A stretch of DNA of 64,000 nucleotides from an uncultured archaeon. Lineage in GTDB: Archaea; Thermoproteota; Nitrososphaeria; Nitrososphaerales; Gagatemarchaeaceae. The stretch is taken from assembly GCA_963796425.1 (NCBI GenBank), contig CAWCLN010000007.1, positions 7,479 to 71,478 on the forward strand. Reading direction: 5' to 3'. Positions 55,661 to 64,000 of this stretch are shown in pieces (the stretch's first letter is position 1; each line of letters begins with the position of its first letter). Under the pieces are notes generated by a model that saw only the letters and a list, made by a program, of their open reading frames with translations, made no database searches and had not been told where the DNA came from. The position numbers were made by a program, and so were the translations under genes.

Positions 55661-56818
55661 ATGAGCAGGCACCTCTTCACTTCAGAAAGCGTCACGGAGG
55701 GGCACCCCGACAAGTGTTCCGACCAGATCTCCGACGCCGTCCTGGACGCCATCCTCGCATCTGATCCGAAGGCGCGGGTCGACTGTGAGACCCTGATTAT
55801 GCAAGGCACGGTAATGGTGACGGGCCAGATTACGACGTCGGCCTACGTCAACATAAGACAGATAGTAAGGGATGTCCTTCACGACATCGGCTTCGACAAC
55901 GCGAAGGACGGACTCGATTGGCAGACTTGTGGTGTCCTCGTTTCAATCGAAGAGCAATCACCTGACATATCGATGGGGGTGACCGGGTCGATCGGAGAGA
56001 TGGGGGCTGGAGACCAGGGGATGATGTTCGGATACGCGTCAAGGGAAACCCCACAGTTGATGCCCCTTCCTATCATGCTCGCCCACGGAATAGCCAGGGA
56101 GCTGGCCGGTGTGAGGAAGAATGGCGTCATTCCTTACCTGCGCCCCGACGGCAAGTCGCAGGTCACCGTCGAATACGACGGCGGAAGGCCCGTGAGAGTC
56201 GACACGGTGGTGGTTGCAGCCCAGCACAGCGAGGAGGTCGACCCGCAGGTCGTCGGACGGGAAGTGGTGGAGAAGGTCGTCAGGAAGGCAGTGCCTAGCA
56301 GCCTGCTCGACAAGGACACGAAGTTCTTGGTGAACTCGACAGGCAGGTTCGTCATAGGCGGAACCCTCGCCGACTCAGGCCTGACAGGCAGGAAGATCAT
56401 CGTGGACACCTACGGGGGCGTCGCTTCTCATGGTGGAGGCTGCTTCTCAGGCAAGGACCCGACCAAGGTTGACCGTTCGGGGAGCTACATGGCTAGATAC
56501 GTTGCCAAGAATATCGTGGCTGCGGGTCTTGCAGAAAAGTGCCAGGTGCAGACCGCTTACGCGATCGGCGTAGCCCAGCCGGTCTCCTTCATGGTCGACA
56601 CTTTCGGGACCGGGAAGATCCCGGATTCCAGAATCACTGATGGTGCAAAAGAGGTCTTCGACATGAGGCCAGGGCCAATCATCAACCATCTGAACCTGCT
56701 CAGACCAATCTACAGGAAGACTGCCTGCTACGGTCACTTTGGCAGGGAAGACCCAGACTTCACCTGGGAAAGGACTGACATGGTCGAGAGGCTGAGGAAG
56801 GCCACTGGATTAGGCTGA
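55661..56818 (+). CDS. metK: S-adenosylmethionine synthetase, bacterial/eukaryotic type
   Basis: Contains '[27 protein letters not shown]', '[12 protein letters not shown]' and '[23 protein letters not shown]'. Confidence 0.95.
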   Translation: MSRHLFTSESVTEGHPDKCSDQISDAVLDAILASDPKARVDCETLIMQGTVMVTGQITTSAYVNIRQIVRDVLHDIGFDNAKDGLDWQTCGVLVSIEEQSPDISMGVTGSIGEMGAGDQGMMFGYASRETPQLMPLPIMLAHGIARELAGVRKNGVIPYLRPDGKSQVTVEYDGGRPVRVDTVVVAAQHSEEVDPQVVGREVVEKVVRKAVPSSLLDKDTKFLVNSTGRFVIGGTLADSGLTGRKIIVDTYGGVASHGGGCFSGKDPTKVDRSGSYMARYVAKNIVAAGLAEKCQVQTAYAIGVAQPVSFMVDTFGTGKIPDSRITDGAKEVFDMRPGPIINHLNLLRPIYRKTACYGHFGREDPDFTWERTDMVERLRKATGLG

Positions 56819-57044
56819 CGTCTGATTGGTTCATTGAATGCGCACTTGGGTAGTGGTGTCCCCTTGATCGCGGGTCAATCTTCTAGGGGCCATTCAGCAA
56901 TTCCAGAGCGACTCTGAAGACCTGCCAAGTTGGTCGGTGCCGTTGCTTGATTGGCTAGCGCAGTCGGCTGGTTTCAAGTCATTCGTCGGGCGCAAAGCGG
57001 CCGTCACTCCGGTGGTGCCCTCTCTCGCGCCGCCGCATACACCG

Positions 57045-57052
57045 TTTAAATG
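57045..57052 (+). promoter_or_regulatory. TATA-like box for the PAP2-like gene
   Basis: 'tttaaatg' is centred about 30 nt upstream of GTG 57079. Confidence 0.3.
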
Positions 57053-57078
57053 AAGCCCGACATGAGGTCGCCATCCGA

Positions 57079-58047
57079 GTGGTGGACGAAATGGATGCTG
57101 CCGACCGGAGCGCTAGGAGTGGTCTCTTCAGCCTCAATTCTGCCCTGCTGGTCGCGGTCCTGATCTACGTGAGTGTCGTCGCGGCCGCCTACGTGAGATT
57201 TGGGACACTTCCGCAGGTCAGCTTTGTAGTAGCCGCGGTTTTGGTCCTGCCCTTCATAGCGCTAGCAACAAGATCGAAGGAATTCATGACGAATTCGGCG
57301 CTCATCGTCGCGGTGCTCCTCACCTACGAATCACTGCAGGGGATAACCGGTACACTTGTCCATTCGGGGAGCGTGGTTTCGTTGGCCCCATTCGATCAGG
57401 CGCTGATTGGCTCCAACTTTGCTGCGGACGTCCAGAGAACGTTCGCGTCGTCTGTCACCACCTTCGTCTCGACCCTGTTTTACGGGCTGCATGTGTTCTT
57501 GGTCGTAATTGCCTTTGTGCTGTTCTGGTTCAAGGACAGGACGGTCTACCGAGGGTACACATACTCACTTGTTGTAACGTCATACTTGGCCCTTGTCACA
57601 TTCGTGGTTCTTCCGACTGATCCCCCGTGGCTGGCGGGTACGGCAAAGAACCTGCTCAGAACTGGAATCGAGATGTTTCCGACTGTCTTCCAAAACGCAC
57701 AGGCTATGCTGCTCTCAGGGGAATCCGACGTCGTTGCTGCGTTTCCAAGTCTGCACGCGGCCTACGCCACGCTGTTTTCGATATTCATGTTCAGGGTTGG
57801 CAGGAAATACGGCCTCGCATCTCTTCCCATCGCAGGGGGGGTGTACTTCTCGATAATCTACTTGGGGCAACACTTCCTGGTCGACCTGTTGGGCGGCATC
57901 GCATACGCGGGGATCTCGGTGTACGCGGTCGAATGGATGATGGCCCGGCGGCGGAGCCCCAAACTCAAACCCTCTGCTGCCACTGATTTGACCGTGAGTG
58001 CATCCGCGCACTGTAGCATGTGTTCACCTGTGAACCGGCAAGTCTGA
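57079..58047 (+). CDS. PAP2-superfamily membrane protein (PAP2_C / inositolphosphotransferase-like)
   Basis: Polytopic. Contains 'FPSLHAAYATL' and 'GQHFLVDLLGGIAYA' (C2/C3 phosphatase-motif equivalents). Confidence 0.7.
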   Translation: MVDEMDAADRSARSGLFSLNSALLVAVLIYVSVVAAAYVRFGTLPQVSFVVAAVLVLPFIALATRSKEFMTNSALIVAVLLTYESLQGITGTLVHSGSVVSLAPFDQALIGSNFAADVQRTFASSVTTFVSTLFYGLHVFLVVIAFVLFWFKDRTVYRGYTYSLVVTSYLALVTFVVLPTDPPWLAGTAKNLLRTGIEMFPTVFQNAQAMLLSGESDVVAAFPSLHAAYATLFSIFMFRVGRKYGLASLPIAGGVYFSIIYLGQHFLVDLLGGIAYAGISVYAVEWMMARRRSPKLKPSAATDLTVSASAHCSMCSPVNRQV

Positions 58048-58092
58048 ATTGGTTTAAAGTGGGCTAAACGACAAACAGCAGGAGCGAGCCAG

Positions 58093-59016
58093 TTGATTGT
58101 GTTAGAGGCCGTGAATCTGACGAAACGGTACAAGCATTCCAAGCGGCCCGCCTTGGATGAATTGAACCTTGAGATCGAAGGAGGTCGAATATTCACGCTC
58201 CTGGGCCGGAACGGTGCGGGGAAGACGACCTTCCTGAGGATTGCCAGCACTCAGCTCATGCCTACCTCGGGTAGTGTCACTGTTCTCGGGCTGGACGTCG
58301 TGAAGGACGCAAGACAAATCAGACAGCACATAGCCGTCACGCCGCAGGACGCGGAGACGATCTACCCTCTGACCGCACGCGACCACATCATGCTGTCGCT
58401 GAGGATGCGTGGCATGGAAAAGACCGCGGCCGCGCAGAAGACTCAGGCAGCCATTGAGGCGCTCGAACTGGTCGAAGTCGCTGACATGAACACCGACTGG
58501 CTTTCTGGGGGTCTGAAGCAGCGGGTCATCGTCGCGATGGCAATAGCGACTGATGTGGAGTTAGTCTTCCTCGATGAGCCGAGCATCGGCCTCGACCCCT
58601 TGAATCGGAGAAGAGTCTGGGACCAGTTGGCGCGGATGAAGCGGGATGGGAAGACCATCGTCCTGACTACGCACTACATGGACGAGGCCGATGCTCTTTC
58701 TGACAGACTTGTAATCATCAACAAGGGGAAGGTCGTTGCCCAGGGTACTCCTCAGAGCGTGAAGGAATCCTTCACCAAAAGGAGTATCCGTGTTGAAGTG
58801 GGTGGTTCTTTTCTTGAAAAGGACCTTGAACCATACGGCCGTGTCCTCACGGTTGCCGGGAGATACAGGGTTCTGACCGACGCCGCAGGTGCAAAGAAGC
58901 TGGGTGAGGAAGCCGTCGCCAGAGGGGTGAGCATTGCAATCAGCCCGGTGTCGCTCGACGACGTGTTTGTCGACATTGTGGGAGAGGCCGAGAAGGGGGA
59001 GGAAGATGGGAACTAG
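58093..59016 (+). CDS. ABC transporter ATP-binding protein (ABC-2/DrrA-like)
   Basis: TTG start. Walker A 'LLGRNGAGKTTF', signature 'LSGGLKQRV' and Walker B 'LVFLDEPSIGLD'. Confidence 0.9.
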   Translation: MIVLEAVNLTKRYKHSKRPALDELNLEIEGGRIFTLLGRNGAGKTTFLRIASTQLMPTSGSVTVLGLDVVKDARQIRQHIAVTPQDAETIYPLTARDHIMLSLRMRGMEKTAAAQKTQAAIEALELVEVADMNTDWLSGGLKQRVIVAMAIATDVELVFLDEPSIGLDPLNRRRVWDQLARMKRDGKTIVLTTHYMDEADALSDRLVIINKGKVVAQGTPQSVKESFTKRSIRVEVGGSFLEKDLEPYGRVLTVAGRYRVLTDAAGAKKLGEEAVARGVSIAISPVSLDDVFVDIVGEAEKGEEDGN

Positions 59017-59740
59017 CAGGTTGAGATCTCTATGGGCCATAATGTACTATCTTGGATTCATCCCTATGCTAAGAAATCCACTCTTCATTCCATTCGTCTT
59101 CGCATCACCCTTTACGCTCTTGTTCATCCTTTTCGTAGCCGGCGGCGGAACCGCGCTCCCGTTTGGGATAGCCGGGGCATTGACCATGGTCACGACCGAA
59201 CTCGGGCTCTTCGTCGGCACTGATCTGGCGTCGTACAAGATTCAGAACAAATTCCAGGACATCGTTGTGGCTTCACCTGTCTCACCTCTCATCTACATGT
59301 TCGGAGTGGCCCTGTCCGAGCTGATTTTCGGAACCCCTGCGTTGCTCGTGCTATTCGGCCTAATGGCCTGGCACGGCGCCTCACTGATGACCGTTGTCAT
59401 AACCGTAGGGGTCGTTGCGCTCCTCTGGATAACCACTACATCAATAGGGTTCTTCTTCTCAGCGTACGCACCGAGCACCCAGAACGCCTTTATCATAAAC
59501 GGATTCATAGCCACGCTGCTTTCCGTACTGCCACCAGTCTACTACTCTGTCTCCAGACTCCCGCCCGCCGTCGTACCGCTGGCCGAGATACTTCCTACTA
59601 CTGAAGCGTCGTCGCTCTTTCAGGGCGCTCTCGGGTTAGGCTACTCGATTACCCCTGTCCTCAGTTTTGCAACATTGTTCGTAGCAGCCGCACTCCTCCT
59701 GCTACTCGTCTCGTTCAAGATGAAATGGCGGGAAACCTGA
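59006..59740 (+). CDS. ABC-2-type transporter permease
   Basis: ATG 59006 (MGTSRLRSLWAIMYYLGF...) overlaps the ATPase gene by 11 nt. Six TM. Confidence 0.75.
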   Translation: MGTSRLRSLWAIMYYLGFIPMLRNPLFIPFVFASPFTLLFILFVAGGGTALPFGIAGALTMVTTELGLFVGTDLASYKIQNKFQDIVVASPVSPLIYMFGVALSELIFGTPALLVLFGLMAWHGASLMTVVITVGVVALLWITTTSIGFFFSAYAPSTQNAFIINGFIATLLSVLPPVYYSVSRLPPAVVPLAEILPTTEASSLFQGALGLGYSITPVLSFATLFVAAALLLLLVSFKMKWRET

Positions 59741-59920
59741 GGCGCGCACTTGACGATGGAATATCAATTGGCCGCTTGCTGGGGATGAATCTATTCCGGA
59801 GATTCTGTCTGAGCCTATTCAGTCGAGGCGAGTCATGATCTCGACCACGGGAAAGAGAGGCGTGCACGCGCATCGGGACCACTCAAGCAAAGTCCTAGGG
59901 CGAAACTAGGCCCTCAACCT

Positions 59921-61039
59921 CTACAATCCGAGACTGTTGATCACTCTGCCGGAATTCGCGTCGATTACGAGTACAATCTTCTTCCCCTTGTGATCGTACC
60001 TGGCGAACCAGATCGGCGCGTGGAGCAGCTCGGCGTCCCCAACATCCGATTCCGTGGTCAATTGCTGAATCATGTGATACTTCGCGTGTGCCTTCTCTGA
60101 TTGCAGTTGATCGACCAAGGTCTTCGCCTGAGACTTTGCAACATCTTCGCTTATGTCCCCATTTAGGGCCTTGACATTCTTGGGTAACTTCGCGACATCG
60201 AACAACGCCCTACCATCAAGGTCGAATTGATAGTCTCGGGGCTGATACTCCATGAGTGCTTTCAGTGCAACCACGGGAAAGTTGTAGGTCGCGTCCATCT
60301 GTTCTGCTTTCCTGATTCCACCGCCATACCCCATTCCAATTCCCATCCCGAAGGCCCTGATCGGCGCCAACGCAAATGCGCTCCGGAACATGGCGCTTAC
60401 TCCCTCACCCAGACCCGCAAAGGCGCGTCTCCGACCCACTCCCCCGAAACCGCCGCGACCGCCTCCTCCTCCCATTCCGCCCAGTATGATGCCCATAAGC
60501 GCCGCAGTTGTAGCGGTTTGTCCAACTTCGGCTGCCACGTTGGCGGCCACAACGGACGTCCGTGCAGAGACTGCCACAACCCAGTAAGGCACGTATGACA
60601 AGTTCATCTCCTCCTGTGTGGAATCCTCGTGCAGATGTCTGTGCAGAAGACCCTTGTCCATGAGCGGAGTGATGACACCGTTCACTTGGTCGACGCTGGC
60701 GATTTTCAAAGGAAGCATTGTGTGTTTCTGTATGTTGGTCCATCCTTGGTTGCCCAGGACGATCCCGCTACCACAATACTCACACGTTATTACCATCTCG
60801 CCAAACTTCGGAGAAATGGGTGCACCGCAATTCGGGCATTGGATCGAAGTCGCTCCGGTGGGGGCAATAATCTGTGCAGGCGGATTAGGAGAGGTGACTG
60901 GCGCGGCGCCTGGTTGTGACGTATTGGAGCCACCCGCTCCCTGCCACCCACCAGAGTTGACCCCCATCCTCGTTCCGCACTTGTAGCAGAATAGTGCCTC
61001 GTCTGGAAGTTGAGCCCCGCATTGTGGACAATTCATCAA
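59921..61039 (-). CDS. Double zinc-ribbon protein with internal Gly-rich segment
   Basis: Contains 'CPQCGAQLPDEALFCYKCG', 'CPNCGAPISPKFGEMVITCEYCG' and the central 'GGMGGGGGRGGFGGVGRRR'. No family name recognised. Confidence 0.6.
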   Translation of the reverse strand: MMNCPQCGAQLPDEALFCYKCGTRMGVNSGGWQGAGGSNTSQPGAAPVTSPNPPAQIIAPTGATSIQCPNCGAPISPKFGEMVITCEYCGSGIVLGNQGWTNIQKHTMLPLKIASVDQVNGVITPLMDKGLLHRHLHEDSTQEEMNLSYVPYWVVAVSARTSVVAANVAAEVGQTATTAALMGIILGGMGGGGGRGGFGGVGRRRAFAGLGEGVSAMFRSAFALAPIRAFGMGIGMGYGGGIRKAEQMDATYNFPVVALKALMEYQPRDYQFDLDGRALFDVAKLPKNVKALNGDISEDVAKSQAKTLVDQLQSEKAHAKYHMIQQLTTESDVGDAELLHAPIWFARYDHKGKKIVLVIDANSGRVINSLGL

Positions 61040-61351
61040 TCTTGTCTCGTTCTATCCTTCATAAAAAGCTGTCCTACGCACTCCGAGTGGGTGCCAGGTT
61101 GATTCGGGCCAGCGCTTACAGCCAGAGGCCGATTCCTCCAACGATGACTCGTGTTAATCGTCGACCAGCCTGAAGAAAGCGTCAAGATTCATGGCAGACT
61201 ACGTTCAAAAGGGATTTGCAGTAGAATAGCCGTCACCCAAATCCAAACTGCACTGGCGATCAGACGGCCATTTCTTCACTCCACGTGCAGTTGTCTTGAT
61301 TTGCCCGCGGATAAATAGTCGCACCTGGCACAGAGCGAGAAGACGACCATC

Positions 61352-62524
61352 TTGAATGGTATCTACTTCGCTGTTTTCGGGTCAGGGCTGGGTCACGCAA
61401 CTCGGGCCCTCGACATCGCCGAGCGTCTCGGACCCAACGGGGACAGAATCCGCTACTCGTGTTCGGCCCAGGGTTTGGAGTACATCAGGATGCACAAGCC
61501 AGAGACGGATGCAATAGAGTGTCCGTCGTTCGACGTAGAGTGGACTGAAGCGGGCGGCTTCTCCGGCAAGGATTTCTTACTGCATTTTCCCTTCATGCTT
61601 CGTTCCTTCTTGAAGCAGGTCACATTCGAGGCGAAAAGCATTTCGAAGTTCGGTCCCAAGATCACAGTGTCCGATTCAAGGCTCTCGGCCGTTCTCGCGG
61701 CCAAATCGAGATCCTGTCCTGTCATCACAATGCTGAACCAATTCAAGGTGAATCTTCCCCCGAGATTCAGAGGGGATGTCTTCGGGCGCTTTTACGAGAG
61801 GATTGCGGGGGACGTTTTGGGTCTCATGTGGTCTCTGAGCGAACAGGTACTGCTTACAGACCTCCCTCCTCCCTACACGATCGGAGAAGCCAACGTCGCA
61901 GGGACCGACCTGTCAAACATAGTCAGATACGTGGGATTCACTTCCCCGAGCTTGGAGGTGAGTGAGAGTAGGCTCCAGAAGGCGAGAGAAGCGCTGGGGT
62001 CTGACGGACGTCCGCTCGTCTTTTTCCAGATAAGCGGACCAGACGCTACGAAGAAGAGATTCATCGACACAGCCCTAAAGTCGGCTGGTGTGCTCTCCAG
62101 CGAGTACAAGGTCGTAGTGTCAAAGGGCTACCTGGGCGGTTCGGGGGAACCTAGGAGGCTAGCCGGCGGGACCTTGCTCTACGATTGGTGCCCGATCAAG
62201 GACGAGTTGTTCATGCTTTCAGAGGTGCTAGTTGCGAGGTCAGGTCACAGAACCATAGGGCAGTGCATTGACGCAGGAAAACCAGCGGTCCTCGTCCCGA
62301 TACACAATCACTCGGAACAACTGGGGAATGCCGATAAGTTCCAAAGACTCGGACTCGGGATTACAGTTCCTTCAGAGACCTTGAATGCTCAGAGAATAGT
62401 GGATTCCATAGACTCGTGTATGCAGGACCCGAAGTACAGGAAGAACGTTGAGGCTGTCGGACTCATTTCTAAGAAGTACAATGGGATTGAGAAGTGTGTC
62501 GAGGTCATAAACTCGTACGCATAG
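61352..62524 (+). CDS. Glycosyltransferase (GT-B fold, MurG/GT28- or GT1-like)
   Basis: N-terminal 'FGSGLGHATRALDIAERL' and C-terminal 'ARSGHRTIGQCIDAGKPAVLVPIHNHSEQLGNA'. TTG start. Confidence 0.75.
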   Translation: MNGIYFAVFGSGLGHATRALDIAERLGPNGDRIRYSCSAQGLEYIRMHKPETDAIECPSFDVEWTEAGGFSGKDFLLHFPFMLRSFLKQVTFEAKSISKFGPKITVSDSRLSAVLAAKSRSCPVITMLNQFKVNLPPRFRGDVFGRFYERIAGDVLGLMWSLSEQVLLTDLPPPYTIGEANVAGTDLSNIVRYVGFTSPSLEVSESRLQKAREALGSDGRPLVFFQISGPDATKKRFIDTALKSAGVLSSEYKVVVSKGYLGGSGEPRRLAGGTLLYDWCPIKDELFMLSEVLVARSGHRTIGQCIDAGKPAVLVPIHNHSEQLGNADKFQRLGLGITVPSETLNAQRIVDSIDSCMQDPKYRKNVEAVGLISKKYNGIEKCVEVINSYA

Positions 62525-62575
62525 TGGTCCTTCCGTGAGCTGGTTCGCGTCGTCTTTCGAGCTCTGGATATTGCT

Positions 62576-63271
62576 TCAGCGTTGACTAGAGATGAATCGT
62601 TCGAATTCTTTCAGAGCCCTAGGACTTCCAATCTCATAGAACCTTTCTTCCACGGTGAATGCCAAGAGTTCATCACGTTTGATCAATTCCCCGTAGAATT
62701 CCTCCTCCTTGCACTCTCTCTCCGATGGAATGAGAGCCAGAGCGCGTTTTCTGAAGGCAGAGACTCCGAAATTCACCCAATCCATACCCCTGCCCCGGCT
62801 CTTCTTGTCATAGCGCACGACATGACCCCCTCTCACGACGACGTCGCTCCTACCGTACCTGTTATGATTCTCATACACAGTCATAAGTCCAAGTCTCCCT
62901 GAGTCTAGAAGGGCCCTCATAATGTTCCGATAGTCGGCCCGCAAGTAGGCGTCACCGTAAGTGACGAAGAAACACTCCTTGAGGAGCGGTTCGGCTCCCT
63001 TCAGCGCGCCTGCTGGTCCCATCAGTTTGGGCCCATCGTAGCTGTACCTGACTCTGACTCCCCATCTGCTGCCGTTTCCAAAGTGATCTTCCACCTGCTC
63101 CCCGAGGTGACCGATACACAGCACGAAATCGGATATGCCACTTCGTTTCAGCAGACCGATCTCGTGCTCGAGAAACGGTCTTCCGTTAACCGGAATCATG
63201 GGCTTTGGAATGGTCTGCGTCAAACGCCCGAGTCGCGTTCCGAGACCCCCGGCCAGTATGGCAGCTTGCAC
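62576..63271 (-). CDS. Sugar-phosphate nucleotidyltransferase (HddC/GmhD-like heptose-1-P or mannose-1-P NTP transferase)
   Basis: 'AAILAGGLGTRLGRLTQTIPKPMIPV'. GTG 63271 is preceded by GGAGGT 9 nt upstream. The longer tracked ORF (to 63496) overlaps the upstream kinase gene and is Arg-rich. Confidence 0.8.
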   Translation of the reverse strand: MQAAILAGGLGTRLGRLTQTIPKPMIPVNGRPFLEHEIGLLKRSGISDFVLCIGHLGEQVEDHFGNGSRWGVRVRYSYDGPKLMGPAGALKGAEPLLKECFFVTYGDAYLRADYRNIMRALLDSGRLGLMTVYENHNRYGRSDVVVRGGHVVRYDKKSRGRGMDWVNFGVSAFRKRALALIPSERECKEEEFYGELIKRDELLAFTVEERFYEIGSPRALKEFERFISSQR

Positions 63272-63306
63272 CCCGAGCTGACCTCCTAGTCTCTCATCCT
63301 TCGGAC

Positions 63307-64000
63307 CTAGACGTTGTAGATTACCTTGCTGCCTTCGAAGTCGAACCTGAACCTCACTTCTGTAAGTCCCTGGCTGGCAAGGGCAGCCCTGACCTTCTCT
63401 CTTCCTTCCTCGCAGTAGAGCATGAGGAAGCCTCCGCCCCCTGCTCCGACGAGTTTCCCACCGAGAGCCCCATTCTCTCTCGCGATAGAGTACCATGAAT
63501 CAATGTGGTCCGTGGTCATGCTGTCGGTGATGCCGCGCTTTACCATCCAGTGTTCGTGCAACAGCTCTCCGAATCTCCTCAAATCGCCTGCTTCGAGGGC
63601 CTTCTTGCTCTCCAAGCCGATCGACTTAATGGCGTGCATCTTCTCGATCGCCTTGCTGTCACCATCGGAGACTCTGCCCTGCTGCTTCCCGAGGATCTCC
63701 CCTGCGTTTCGGGTAATCCCCGTATAGAACATCATTATGACGTACTCCAGTTCGGACAGCGTGTGGTCCGAAATATCGAGCTCTTCGGACGTGACATTCC
63801 CCCGTGTGTCTATCTCATAGGCCCTGATCCCCCCAAGGCTGGCAGTGTATTCATCCTGCTTCCCCGAAGGCTCGTGTAGCCGGTTCAGGGCGATATCGCA
63901 GGCTATCTCCGCGATCTGTTCGGGTGTCTTGACTATTCTCTGGTGTGCATAAAGTGCATTGAGCAGCCCAACGGTGAAGCTACCCGAGGACCCAAGCCCA
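63307..64000 (-). CDS. GHMP-family sugar kinase (HddA-like), 5' end beyond the window
   Basis: Contains C-terminal 'GGKLVGAGGGGFLMLY'. The same frame stays open upstream of M at 63735 to the window edge. That upstream stretch encodes 'LGSSGSFTVGLLNALY' (GHMP motif II). Confidence 0.8.
   Translation of the reverse strand, partial: GLGSSGSFTVGLLNALYAHQRIVKTPEQIAEIACDIALNRLHEPSGKQDEYTASLGGIRAYEIDTRGNVTSEELDISDHTLSELEYVIMMFYTGITRNAGEILGKQQGRVSDGDSKAIEKMHAIKSIGLESKKALEAGDLRRFGELLHEHWMVKRGITDSMTTDHIDSWYSIARENGALGGKLVGAGGGGFLMLYCEEGREKVRAALASQGLTEVRFRFDFEGSKVIYNV

Noticed and set aside
56951-56990. A tRNA D-arm-like string 'ggctagcgcagtcggctgg' downstream of metK.
   Set aside because: I could find no complementary D-stem, anticodon arm, T-arm (GTTCRAATC) or acceptor pairing. 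It is not a tRNA.

Overview
The window looks archaeal. Evidence: three PEF-CTERM sorting signals, a Hef/COG1111-type helicase, a DUF929-VKOR pair, and AT-rich TATA-like boxes centred about 27 nt upstream of many start codons (leaderless geometry). The lineage cannot be fixed from sequence alone. About 60 protein genes are supportable. No rRNA, tRNA, CRISPR array, transposase or integrase was recognised. Gene content by region: (1) 0.1-9.1 kb holds an amino-acid/peptide module: two Amidohydro_2 hydrolases, an Ntn asparaginase, LivHMGF plus a membrane-anchored binding protein, and an M20 amidohydrolase. (2) 9.3-15 kb holds a cupin, an MFS transporter, a LutA/LutB-like Fe-S pair and a PaaK-like ligase. 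(3) 15.4-18.7 kb holds an orphan gene, a CX3CX2C radical-SAM enzyme and a TcmP-like protein. (4) 18.8-33.5 kb is an accessory surface-protein island. It encodes a 989-aa Ig-repeat protein, three YVTN beta-propeller proteins with PEF-CTERM tails, an 866-aa PKD-containing protein, polytopic membrane proteins and an HTH-TM protein. A partly palindromic element of about 130 bp, present in three copies, punctuates this island; one copy forms the 5' end of the TcmP-like ORF. (5) 34-40 kb holds an acetate module (SatP-like, Acs, short Pat-type GNAT) and a DsrE-TusA-SQR-like sulfur-relay cluster. (6) 40-64 kb is mostly housekeeping: USP, CBS proteins, SDR epimerase, endonuclease III, MazG-like protein, two ABC-2 exporters, pyruvate kinase, helicase-only Hef, the DUF929-VKOR pair, a bacterial-type MetK, a PAP2-like protein and a heptose/glycosylation cluster. 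The leads most worth follow-up are the radical-SAM/TcmP-like pair, the three-copy element bracketing the surface-protein cassettes, and the PEF-CTERM/YVTN island.
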